Positions 9,012 through 17,552 of a DNA stretch of 44,417 bases are shown piece by piece. The notes beneath the pieces are model-generated. The model was not told where the DNA came from and ran no database searches. It was given only the letters and a program-made list of their open reading frames with translations. The stretch's first letter is position 1. The number at the start of each line of letters is the position of its first letter. Both the position numbers and the translations under genes were made by a program. Source of the DNA: a virus; IMG/VR virus record IMGVR_UViG_3300037424_000618, positions 1 through 44,417 of that record. The stretch is one strand, 5' to 3'.

Positions 9012-9428
9012 ATGAAGCAGCATAAATTCGGAGCTAGGTCTAGGGCAAACATGGAGGGTGTACACCCTGCTTTGGTGGCTGTACTTTACAAAGGGCTTGG
9101 GTACTCTCCCTATGATTTCGGGATATCCCAGGGGGTGCGCACTCTTGCGGAACAGCAAAAGGAAGTTGCAGAGGGAGATTCAGAAACTGTCCGGTCTGCC
9201 CACCTGATACAGCAATCTACAGGGTATGGACATGCCGTAGACTTATATGTATTCGTTGATGGCAAAATTACCTGGGAGCATAAATACTTCCGTAAGGTAA
9301 TTCAAGCTCTCTTTCGTGCAGCTATTGAGCTTGGCGTCCAGATTGAAGTAGGGGCATTGTGGAGAGATTTCCTTGACTCTCCGCATGTCCAATTGGCCCA
9401 GCACACTTACGGAGGAGAATACCTGTGA
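9012..9428 (+). CDS. Endolysin, peptidase M15 (VanY / L-Ala-D-Glu peptidase type)
   Basis: Zn-ligand pattern SAHLIQQSTGYGHAVDL ... DSPHVQL (H-x-D ... H); ATG 9012 directly after the upstream stop at 9008-9010. Confidence 0.8.
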   Translation: MKQHKFGARSRANMEGVHPALVAVLYKGLGYSPYDFGISQGVRTLAEQQKEVAEGDSETVRSAHLIQQSTGYGHAVDLYVFVDGKITWEHKYFRKVIQALFRAAIELGVQIEVGALWRDFLDSPHVQLAQHTYGGEYL

Positions 9429-9646
9429 AACAGAAATGGCTGGACATTGCAGAGGTATTGGATGCGTATAGAGTCTTTCCCAGGCTCTTTCTCTTTGGCT
9501 ATTCCTGGGTGATTTATGACTCTTATCGCTGGTTCAAGGGACTCCCAGAGCCATCAACAGGTCATACGTTTATGATTTCTACTGTGTGGGGTATGGCAGC
9601 TGTTATCACTGCTTGGTACCTTAATACGGGGAGAAAGTGGCAATGA
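9425..9646 (+). CDS. Holin candidate (two predicted TM segments)
   Basis: GTG start overlapping the endolysin stop (GTGA) with GGAGGAG SD; hydrophobic stretches FPRLFLFGYSWVIY and FMISTVWGMAAVITAWYL; basic C terminus. Confidence 0.55.
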   Translation: MKQKWLDIAEVLDAYRVFPRLFLFGYSWVIYDSYRWFKGLPEPSTGHTFMISTVWGMAAVITAWYLNTGRKWQ

Positions 9647-9954
9647 ACATTCAGATGATTTTGAAGTCCATTGTGCTTATGACTGTCCTCGCCATGATTG
9701 GTGGGGCTTTTTTACTTGGCACAAGGTACGGAGAATCCAGGAAGGATAGTCAGGCCCTGCGAGACCTGGATGCAGCCTTCGAGAGATTGTTTAATGCAGA
9801 GGAAGAGCTGGATACTCTGCGAAAGGAGCGGAAGGAGATTACTCGTGGACAAGTTAGAATCATTCGCCAAACAGCGGATTCGTGTGCTGACGCCGTTCCT
9901 GCTCCTGATATTCTCAGGGTGCTCGACGAGTCCGACGCTGCCGGTAAGCCTTGA
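9643..9954 (+). CDS. i-spanin (Rz-like)
   Basis: ATGA overlap with the holin stop; N-terminal TM (ILKSIVLMTVLAMIGGAFLLG) followed by a charged coiled-coil-like periplasmic part. Confidence 0.65.
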   Translation: MNIQMILKSIVLMTVLAMIGGAFLLGTRYGESRKDSQALRDLDAAFERLFNAEEELDTLRKERKEITRGQVRIIRQTADSCADAVPAPDILRVLDESDAAGKP

Positions 9955-10096
9955 GCTTTTGCGTGATTGTGATTATCCCGCAAGGACTGGTAAATCTTGG
10001 CGCGATGTGGCAGAAGCTTATGTCGAGCGCGGAGAAGCCCTGCAAGAATGCACGGATAGACTCCGGGCCGTCAGGAAATCAATTGGAGGTAAATAG
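9845..10096 (+). CDS. o-spanin (Rz1-like lipoprotein), overlapping the i-spanin in another frame
   Basis: GTG 9845 preceded by AAGGAG (8-nt spacing); signal peptide ending in lipobox LLIFSG-C; starts inside the i-spanin gene and extends beyond it. Confidence 0.65.
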   Translation: MDKLESFAKQRIRVLTPFLLLIFSGCSTSPTLPVSLELLRDCDYPARTGKSWRDVAEAYVERGEALQECTDRLRAVRKSIGGK

Positions 10097-10098
10097 TC

Positions 10099-10746
10099 GT
10101 GACTAAGTCACAATTCATTACGCTCTTGAAGCAGCGGCTGTATAACAACAAAGATTCTGCGCTCGAGGCGATTATTGTCAGTGAGATGGACTTGGTGCAG
10201 AGTACCGCGCTGGAAGGGGCAGAGTTTTATCCCTGGTTTCTTCTATCCGAGTTTGTTACTTCATATACCACTGCAGGGGAAAGGCGGATGGCACTGCCTA
10301 GCGATTTCCTGGCCGAGTGGGAAGACGGAACTCTTTGGATATATGATGAAAGTTCCTCTGATGATAAATGGATTGAGCTCTGGAAGGATGATTATGATGC
10401 GCTGCTGGCTCGGTATCCGGGGGAAGGAAAGCCGGTGGCCTACGCCCAGGACAATGGCTACTTCTATCTCTTCCCGCAGCCGGACGCTATTCATACCCTA
10501 AAGATGCGGTACTACCAGAAACAAACGCTCCCTTCCGACCTTGCTGATGGGGAGACAAATCTCTGGTTGACAAAGGCTTCCGATTGGTTTCTGGCTGAGA
10601 CTGGTTATACCATTTCCGCGTTTCACCTGGACCTGCGCGACCTGGAGGTGAAGTTTGATAAGGCCAGGGCTGAGTCTAAGCGCCGGCTCTATGTCAAGCA
10701 TGTAGCGCTGGAAGAACAGAACATTCACAGGACAATGGGAGATTAA
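10099..10746 (+). CDS. Virion structural protein, possible head-tail adaptor / tail tubular A-like
   Basis: GTG start with GGAGGT SD; 215 aa; position in the tail module; function is inferred from size and position only. Confidence 0.45.
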   Translation: MTKSQFITLLKQRLYNNKDSALEAIIVSEMDLVQSTALEGAEFYPWFLLSEFVTSYTTAGERRMALPSDFLAEWEDGTLWIYDESSSDDKWIELWKDDYDALLARYPGEGKPVAYAQDNGYFYLFPQPDAIHTLKMRYYQKQTLPSDLADGETNLWLTKASDWFLAETGYTISAFHLDLRDLEVKFDKARAESKRRLYVKHVALEEQNIHRTMGD

Positions 10747-10749
10747 GAA

Positions 10750-11727
10750 ATGGCCCTCGAAGATTTGACCGGGGATGTCTATATTGACTCCCTGGTAGCA
10801 ACCAATCCAGTCGGGAGTACGGATAAGGTAAAGACACTGGATGACCATGTCAGGGGAATCAAGAATGTTCTTCTGAAAAGTTTTCCGTCGATTACCGGAG
10901 CCGTTACTGCAACCAATGCAGAGTTGAGTAAACTTGCTGGTGTCACGGCGACTACTGCGGAGCTTAATAAACTCGCAGGGCTTTCGGCGACTACCACGGA
11001 GTTGAACAAACTTTACGGGGTAACGGCCACTACCGCGGAAATCAACAAGCTTGCAGGACTACTCGCTACCACGGCGGAGTTGAATAAGCTGGCTGGTTCC
11101 ACTTTCTCCGCTACTGAGTTGAACTATATTACTGGAGTTACCTCTGCCATTCAGACACAGTTGGATGCAAGGGCTTTGGCCTCTAGAACTCTCACAGCTG
11201 GAGATGGCCTAACGGGTGGTGGTGACCTTACAGCTAATCGGACATTTACGCTCGGGACTCCTGGGTCAGTTACATCCAGTTCCACCAACGGGGTAACCGC
11301 TACCAGTCATACGCACGAACTAGCAGCCGGCGCGGTGGTCGAGGCCAAGTTGGGTACTGGGGCTGTGACAGTAACAAAGCTTGGCAACCAAGCCGTTACA
11401 ACGATAAAGCTTGCAACAAATGAGCGGATGACTACGGACAATGTTCTTGGAGCAACCGCAGGGGCAGCGGCTGGTGCAGTTGGAACTTACGTGTTTGCCT
11501 ACGGCGGGGCTTCTGATATAGCCTTTGGTGGTACAGTTGCGGGGAGTTCCCTCCAGCCCACTGGCGCAGCTTATACAGTTAACACTACAGGGTCTCCCTC
11601 GAATTATTCATTTACCTTAGGGTCTGCACTGGCGGGAACTTGGCGCTGTATGGGATATTATGACCGCATACCTACCCAGTCTAGCCTGACTGCGCTTGGT
11701 GCAACTCTTTGGCTGAGGATTTCGTAA
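10750..11727 (+). CDS. Tail fiber protein with six tandem 13-aa repeats
   Basis: Repeats VTATTAELNKLAG x6 (a motif class common in phage fibers), Gly/Thr/Ala-rich C-terminal part. Confidence 0.7.
   Translation: MALEDLTGDVYIDSLVATNPVGSTDKVKTLDDHVRGIKNVLLKSFPSITGAVTATNAELSKLAGVTATTAELNKLAGLSATTTELNKLYGVTATTAEINKLAGLLATTAELNKLAGSTFSATELNYITGVTSAIQTQLDARALASRTLTAGDGLTGGGDLTANRTFTLGTPGSVTSSSTNGVTATSHTHELAAGAVVEAKLGTGAVTVTKLGNQAVTTIKLATNERMTTDNVLGATAGAAAGAVGTYVFAYGGASDIAFGGTVAGSSLQPTGAAYTVNTTGSPSNYSFTLGSALAGTWRCMGYYDRIPTQSSLTALGATLWLRIS
10903..11136 (+). repeat. Six imperfect tandem 39-bp repeats inside the tail fiber gene
   Basis: Codon-by-codon reading: VTATNAELSKLAG / VTATTAELNKLAG / LSATTTELNKLYG / VTATTAEINKLAG / LLATTAELNKLAG / STFSATELNYITG. 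Confidence 0.9.
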
Positions 11728-12179
11728 TGAAAATTAGAAACGCTATTCACACTGCTTATGGCTCCATTGACTGTGAAATCGAGCATCCAGTCTATGGGTG
11801 GATTCCATTCACCGCATCTCCTGATGACGCAGAAGAACATGGGCGGCAGATATATGCTGACCTCGTAGCACAAGGGAATATTGCAGCAGCTGTGTCCCCG
11901 CCGGTGCCTACCGAGACGGAGCTCTTGCAGAAGGAGCGAGAGGGGATGCGTGTGAGTCGATTCCAGGCTCGCGCTGCTTTGCATCAGGCTGGTTTACTTT
12001 CGCAGGTTGAAGCTATCATGGCTGACCCTGCTACGGATACGTTGGTGAAATTGGCCTGGCAGGATGCCCAGGAGTTTGTAAGATTTTCTCCTACTATCCA
12101 GACAGTAGCTGGCCTTTTGGGAATCACGGATGCTGAACTGGATGGTTTGTTTCGCCTGGCCGCATCTATTCACGCCTAA
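11727..12179 (+). CDS. Hypothetical protein, possible tail fiber assembly/chaperone-like
   Basis: TAATG overlap with the fiber stop and GAGGA SD; directly downstream of the fiber gene; function inferred from position. Confidence 0.4.
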   Translation: MKIRNAIHTAYGSIDCEIEHPVYGWIPFTASPDDAEEHGRQIYADLVAQGNIAAAVSPPVPTETELLQKEREGMRVSRFQARAALHQAGLLSQVEAIMADPATDTLVKLAWQDAQEFVRFSPTIQTVAGLLGITDAELDGLFRLAASIHA

Positions 12180-12194
12180 CCAGGATTCTTTATC

Positions 12195-13784
12195 ATGGCC
12201 ATTTTGACGCTATCTAATCTAGGTTCCCTCGGTATTATCCGAGACAGGCCTGCACATGAGCTGGAGCCAGAGGCATTTAGCGATGGCCAGAATGTGCGGT
12301 TTAAGGATGCCTTCGTCGAGAAGGTTGAGGGGCATCAGCGAGTTCTGGAAGATAATAATCCACTAGGCACACCTCCCTATTGGAACTTGGAGTGGGTTAC
12401 TCCTATTGAGTATTACTGGATATACGCAGGGACTACGAAGATATATCGGACAGACGGAGATACCCACGCTAATATCACGAGGGCGGCTGGTTCGTATAAT
12501 GCAACTGCTACCAGTCGGTGGTCCGGCGGAGTTCTTGGCGGAGTTCCTATTATCAATAATAATAGCGGGTCTGATTACCCTCAACAATGGGATGGGTCAG
12601 TTAATCTCATGAAGGACCTGGATAATTGGCCGGCGGATAACTATTGCGGATTTATCAGACCTTTCCGGGAATTCCTGATTGCTGGAAATATCACTGATGC
12701 TTCTGGGAATTACCCGCAGCTTCTTCGCTGGTCCCACCCGGCTACAGCTGGCTCGGTCCCCTCCTCTTGGGATATTACGGATGACACGAAGCTGACAGGA
12801 GAAAGGCCATTTTCCGAGGGCGGAGGTGCTTTGCTGGATTCCTTATCCCTTGGGGACTTTAACATTGTTTATCTGGAGCAAGCTGTTTGGTCGATGCAAT
12901 TAGTGCAGGCTAATTCCGTCTTTGCCTTCCGCAGGATTTTTGATACCATCGGGATTCTCTCGGGGGATTGTGCTACAGAGTTTATGCGGAGGCACTTTGT
13001 TGTTGGCTTCGGTGATATATATGTGCATAATGGGCAGACCATGGAAAGCGTGGTGAATGCCAAACTGCGTCGGTGGTTTTATTCTAACCTGCACCCGGAT
13101 TATTACAAGCGGACTTTTGTAGTTACTAATAAAATCAAGAATGAGATTTGGGTGTGTTTCCCTTCCCAAGACTCTCTTGGCCTTTGCAATATGGCCTTAA
13201 TCTGGAATTGGGTAGACAATACCTGGGCTGTTCGTGACTTACAAGAGTTTTCCTATGGCGCTTATGGCGTAATTACTGCCGTTGAGAATGATATCATCGA
13301 TGACCAGGAACAAATAATTGATGATGATGACCAGGTAATTAATGCGTCCGCGTTTAATCCTGGCTATAGCAAAATCCTGATGTGTTCGCCAAGCCCCATT
13401 CGCTTGTATGAAATGGATGTTACGACAAGATTTGCTGGCGTTAAGTTTACCAGTTATGTCGAACGGACTGGCTTGGCTATTGTAGGAAGGGACAGGTTTG
13501 GGAACTGGAAAACTGACCCAAAAAGTAAAAAGTTTGTAAGGCGTGTATACCCGAAACTGGATTCGGATTACACAGTCGAGGTATATATCGGAGGGCAGGA
13601 TAACCTAAATGACGCGGTTACCTGGACTTCAGTGACTGAATTCAACCCGCGGACTGACACACATATCGACTGCCGGGTACAGTTTACCTACATAGCCTAT
13701 CGTATTGAGTCACATGATGGGCAATACTGGCAGTTTTATGGAATTGACTTTGACCTGGACGTTGTTGGGAGGGCAGTCAGATGA
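12195..13784 (+). CDS. Virion structural protein, possible tail tube/nozzle (tubular B-like)
   Basis: 529-aa ORF in the tail module; function inferred from size and position only. Confidence 0.4.
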   Translation: MAILTLSNLGSLGIIRDRPAHELEPEAFSDGQNVRFKDAFVEKVEGHQRVLEDNNPLGTPPYWNLEWVTPIEYYWIYAGTTKIYRTDGDTHANITRAAGSYNATATSRWSGGVLGGVPIINNNSGSDYPQQWDGSVNLMKDLDNWPADNYCGFIRPFREFLIAGNITDASGNYPQLLRWSHPATAGSVPSSWDITDDTKLTGERPFSEGGGALLDSLSLGDFNIVYLEQAVWSMQLVQANSVFAFRRIFDTIGILSGDCATEFMRRHFVVGFGDIYVHNGQTMESVVNAKLRRWFYSNLHPDYYKRTFVVTNKIKNEIWVCFPSQDSLGLCNMALIWNWVDNTWAVRDLQEFSYGAYGVITAVENDIIDDQEQIIDDDDQVINASAFNPGYSKILMCSPSPIRLYEMDVTTRFAGVKFTSYVERTGLAIVGRDRFGNWKTDPKSKKFVRRVYPKLDSDYTVEVYIGGQDNLNDAVTWTSVTEFNPRTDTHIDCRVQFTYIAYRIESHDGQYWQFYGIDFDLDVVGRAVR

Positions 13785-14572
13785 GTACTGATAACGAACG
13801 AATTGGTTATGACCCTGCGCAACTCCCAGAGGAACTGGAAAATCTAGTCCCTGTATTGCAGGAAGAGCTCTGGAAACTGCAAAATGTGCTGGATTATATC
13901 CAACGCGGTTATCAAGATATCCTGCATGTGGAGCCGACTAAGCGCAGGGAAATGATGGTAGTGGCGGCGGATGGGACTGATTGGGACCCGGGCCATGGCA
14001 AGGGGCTTTATATTTACAAGGACGGAGCCTGGCGCTGGTTCATGGCTTTTGGGGATGTCTGGAGTTCTGTTCCTGTTCCTGCTACCAGCCTTACTACAGC
14101 TGCCGCAAATACGCCGGATTTCCAAAAATTCCGTGATGATGGGTCAGCGAGTACTGGTGTCTATGCCTGGCATTTCGATGATAATTCACTTGAGCAAGCT
14201 TTTTTTGAAATAGTTGTTCCGTTGGATTATAAGGTCGGAACAGACTTGGATTTACACTTCCATTGGTCACCTGCAACAACTAATACAGGGAACGTATATT
14301 TCGGCGTAGAATATACTATGCAGAATATTGATGGGGTGTTTCCTTCTACTACTATCACAATGGGCACAGCCGCGGCTGATGGAGTAGCTAAGAAACATCA
14401 AATAGTTTCCAGTGTGCTTTTGGATGGAACGAATGTTGAACCTGGTGCTCATATCCTTTTCCGCGTTTGGAGGGATGGGGCTGATGCCGCAGATACATTG
14501 ACTGGTGATGCGGTCTTGCTGTCTGCTCATATTAACTACAAGATGAATGGATTTAGTGTTGAGGCCATTTAA
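13781..14572 (+). CDS. Tail-associated structural protein (receptor-binding candidate)
   Basis: ATGA overlap with the preceding ORF; N-terminal helical part, segment ADGTDWDPGHGKGLYIYKDGAWRW, beta-rich C domain. Confidence 0.4.
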   Translation: MSTDNERIGYDPAQLPEELENLVPVLQEELWKLQNVLDYIQRGYQDILHVEPTKRREMMVVAADGTDWDPGHGKGLYIYKDGAWRWFMAFGDVWSSVPVPATSLTTAAANTPDFQKFRDDGSASTGVYAWHFDDNSLEQAFFEIVVPLDYKVGTDLDLHFHWSPATTNTGNVYFGVEYTMQNIDGVFPSTTITMGTAAADGVAKKHQIVSSVLLDGTNVEPGAHILFRVWRDGADAADTLTGDAVLLSAHINYKMNGFSVEAI

Positions 14573-14585
14573 TGGGTAAGCTGCT

Positions 14586-15086
14586 ATGAGGCATTTTTTT
14601 ATCTTAGGCTTTCCTCGAAGTATGACTGCTTGGCTGGCTAATTATTTTACCTATGGAGATTCCTTTTGTTTTCATGACGGATTAGCTGGGTGCCGGACGC
14701 CGGAGTCTTATAAGGAAAAACTACGTTCTATTCCTGTTAATCATGTTGGTGATTCGGACAGTGGTTTGCTTTTCGTAGACTTAGCTTATATGTTTCCGGA
14801 CTCTCCAGTAGTTATCATCAAAAGAGATATTCTGGATTGTAAGGAATCTTACGAAAAGAAATTTGGAAAGATACCGGATATTGCCTGGGGTTACATGGAC
14901 ACAGCAATGAAAAAGCACAAAGGACTTATAGTGGATTTTAGGGATATACCTGCTCGACTTGATGAGATTTCCGAGTATTGTATTGGGCAGAAATTACCGC
15001 AAGAGCGAAAAGAGTTCTTGCTAAACCTGAATATTCAGATTATTCAGAATAAGGCAGAGTTATCATTTCTAACCGAGGGTTACTAA
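14586..15086 (+). CDS. Sulfotransferase-fold protein (AT-rich insert in the virion module)
   Basis: FILGFPRSMTAWL resembles the 5'-PSB loop (P-[KR]-S-G-T-T-W type) and VVIIKRDILDCKESY the 3'-PB RxxxDxxxS block; a hand count of the first 100 nt gives 37 G+C, clearly lower than the flanks. Confidence 0.45.
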   Translation: MRHFFILGFPRSMTAWLANYFTYGDSFCFHDGLAGCRTPESYKEKLRSIPVNHVGDSDSGLLFVDLAYMFPDSPVVIIKRDILDCKESYEKKFGKIPDIAWGYMDTAMKKHKGLIVDFRDIPARLDEISEYCIGQKLPQERKEFLLNLNIQIIQNKAELSFLTEGY

Positions 15087-15087
15087 A

Positions 15088-16224
15088 ATGGGCTGGATTG
15101 GACCTGTAGCTGGAGCTGTTATTGGTGGGCTATTCGGTGGTGGTGGTGGTGGTTCCCAGACAACGAGTAATGCACCTTGGTCTGGGGTTCAGCCCTATAT
15201 GCTGGATTCCTTTGGTCAATTGCAGGATATGGCAAATCAGGACTGGTCTGCCTTTCCGTATCAGCAAGCTGTAGCGGGCTTCACCCCCGAGACTGAGCAA
15301 GGGCTTTCCATGCTTTCGTCCCTGTCTGGTCAACTTCCCGGATATATTGACCCGGCGATGCAGGCCTGGCAGGGGGTGCTTGACCCCAGCATGATGCAAG
15401 GGCTTACTCCGGACATGTCAAATTACATGGTACAGGGGCCGCAGGGGATAAATGCTGACATCAATCCTTATCTGGATGCGGCAGCGCAGGGAGCTATTCG
15501 GCCAATCACAGAGCAGCTGACCCAGCAAATTCTCCCCCAGATTTCGCAACAGGCTTTGGCCACTGGGGGGTTCTCCGGAAGTCGGCGGAATCTGTCGGAG
15601 GCGCAGGCGGTGGATAAGGCGGTGGAATCTATGGGTGATGTTACCTCAGGGATTTACCAGCAGGGATACGAGAATCTCTACGGCCGTCAGCTTGGTGCAC
15701 AGATGCAGCAGCAGCAACTGGGCCAGCAAGCGCAGATGGCAAACCTGCAGGGGCAGTTGGGGGCTGAAGGTATTGGTGCGCAGACGAGAGGTCAAGGGTT
15801 GCAGGCATATATGCAAGCGTTGATGCAATCACCCCAGATGCTACAGATGCTTCAACAGCCGGCTGGTTTGCAGATGCAGGTTGGTGGTGCGCGGCAGCAA
15901 CAGACTCAGGCTGAGATTGATGCACAGCGGCAGGCTTATGAGTACGAGCGTGACCAGCCATTCAATGCGCAGCTGGAATACCTTCGGGCACTGCAAGGAG
16001 TCCCGGGTGGACAAACTACGAGCCCGGCGCCGTATACTTCTCCACTACAGGGGGCTTTGTCGGGAGCTGCTATCGGTCAGTCCATCTCGCAGGGTGTTCA
16101 GCAGAATCCGCAAAGCCAGCCAAGTTCTGGTGGAGGTTCCGCGCAGGGCTTCGCATATAACCCTAATGCCCCGTCGACTACGGACCTGTTTGTTAACGGC
16201 AAGGGCGGAGTGAGGTATTACTAA
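15088..16224 (+). CDS. Gly/Gln-rich internal virion (ejection) protein candidate
   Basis: GAGGGT SD; N-terminal hydrophobic/Gly-rich stretch GPVAGAVIGGLFGGGGGG, Q-rich low-complexity core; position before the giant virion protein. Confidence 0.5.
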   Translation: MGWIGPVAGAVIGGLFGGGGGGSQTTSNAPWSGVQPYMLDSFGQLQDMANQDWSAFPYQQAVAGFTPETEQGLSMLSSLSGQLPGYIDPAMQAWQGVLDPSMMQGLTPDMSNYMVQGPQGINADINPYLDAAAQGAIRPITEQLTQQILPQISQQALATGGFSGSRRNLSEAQAVDKAVESMGDVTSGIYQQGYENLYGRQLGAQMQQQQLGQQAQMANLQGQLGAEGIGAQTRGQGLQAYMQALMQSPQMLQMLQQPAGLQMQVGGARQQQTQAEIDAQRQAYEYERDQPFNAQLEYLRALQGVPGGQTTSPAPYTSPLQGALSGAAIGQSISQGVQQNPQSQPSSGGGSAQGFAYNPNAPSTTDLFVNGKGGVRYY

Positions 16225-16226
16225 TC

Positions 16227-16502
16227 ATGGCTGCTCCTATGTCAGTAAATAGCTTAATGGCGGGGCTTGCTGGGGGTGGAGCTACTCCCCCTCCGGTGCC
16301 TCCGGTGCCTAACATGGCGCAAGCTCTTGGTGGTCCTCCGCCGGGGCCGCAGATGCCTGGGATGATGCCGCCGGTCCCAGCTCTTCCGCCCGAAGGTGGA
16401 GCGCCTTTTGCTGGACTCCAATCCGCACTGGCCGCAGGTAAACCAGTTCCGTCCTTGGATGAACTCATCTTCGGCATCAAAGCAACAACGGAGGGTATAT
16501 AA
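16227..16502 (+). CDS. Pro/Gly-rich small virion-module protein (91 aa)
   Basis: ORF between two ejectosome-like genes; PPPVPPVP, GGPPPGPQMPGMMPPVP low complexity. Confidence 0.45.
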   Translation: MAAPMSVNSLMAGLAGGGATPPPVPPVPNMAQALGGPPPGPQMPGMMPPVPALPPEGGAPFAGLQSALAAGKPVPSLDELIFGIKATTEGI

Positions 16503-16503
16503 C

Positions 16504-17550
16504 ATGGCTCGCCCACTCAATCCTAATGAGGAACTTATCAAGTCACTTCTTCCGCCTTCCGGTGTTTCACCTGCTGGGGATTTGGCGCAGATGGCCGTTC
16601 CGCCTATTTCCCCTGCTCCTGTACCTCAGATGCAGGGAATGCAAGGGCCTGCAACTCCCCCACCGGCCCAGCCTCCTGCTCCGGGAATCGGCCAGAAGAT
16701 AGGGAATTTCGTGCAGGGAATTGGTGATACTCCTGAAGAACGTCAGGCACTTATCCGCTTTGCTACCTCGATGATGCAGCCTGTTGACCCGCGTACGCAA
16801 ACGGTGGCTGGGAGGTTCGGAGAAGCTTTGCAGGGCTCGGTTGATTATCTGGCTCAGTTGAGAGAAAGGGAGCGGATGGCGAAGGCGCAGGCCGAGCAAG
16901 CTCAGTATGAACGAGGCCAAGCGGAGAAAGAGTTCAAACTTAAGGAGCGTGAAGTCGGAGCTAAGGAAAAAGGTGTTTCCATCGAGGAGAAGAAGCTTGG
17001 ACCTGAGGCTGGGTTGAAGGGTGCACAGGCTGAAAAGGCCCGGGCGGAGGCTTGGTATCTTCGGAACATGAAGAAGGAGCCGGGGACCGAAGCTGGTGCG
17101 AAGCAGTCTTATGCGGAGAAATTCGCAGCGAGTCTTTATAAGATAGACCAGATGAAACCACAGGCGGAAAGGAAATATCAGGTCCAGGACCAGGCGATTG
17201 CGGATGCTGTGCAATTCCTGGAAACTGCTGGGAAGAAATCACCGGCGGCAGCTGTGGCTGATTTCTATACCACCGTAGCTCCAGCATATTCTCTTGTTGC
17301 AGGAAGTAACAGAAAGGAGGATTTAAAGGAGAAAGATGTGTATGATGAGCTGGCTGCTATGATACGTAAAGAGGCCTCGGAGGTTGCCCCGTATCAGCAA
17401 ACGGTTCTTCCGACACAACCCCAAGCGCCGGCACAGGCTCCGGCTGCAGCTGAACACCCCCGGCCGACTTCGCAGGCGGAATACGACGCACTCCCGACGG
17501 GTACTGTGTACGTTGACCCAGGTGATGGCAAACTTTATAGGAAACCCTAA
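16504..17550 (+). CDS. Internal virion protein candidate (coiled-coil rich)
   Basis: ATG 16504 with GGAGGGT SD directly after the stop of the previous ORF (the track N-terminal extension from 16396 overlaps that ORF); Pro-rich N part and charged helical middle. Confidence 0.5.
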   Translation: MARPLNPNEELIKSLLPPSGVSPAGDLAQMAVPPISPAPVPQMQGMQGPATPPPAQPPAPGIGQKIGNFVQGIGDTPEERQALIRFATSMMQPVDPRTQTVAGRFGEALQGSVDYLAQLRERERMAKAQAEQAQYERGQAEKEFKLKEREVGAKEKGVSIEEKKLGPEAGLKGAQAEKARAEAWYLRNMKKEPGTEAGAKQSYAEKFAASLYKIDQMKPQAERKYQVQDQAIADAVQFLETAGKKSPAAAVADFYTTVAPAYSLVAGSNRKEDLKEKDVYDELAAMIRKEASEVAPYQQTVLPTQPQAPAQAPAAAEHPRPTSQAEYDALPTGTVYVDPGDGKLYRKP

Positions 17551-17552
17551 TA

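Noticed and set aside
16396-16503. N-terminal extension of the 384-aa track ORF overlapping the Pro-rich 91-aa ORF
   Set aside because: ATG 16504 follows the upstream stop directly and has a GGAGGGT SD, whereas the extension has none.
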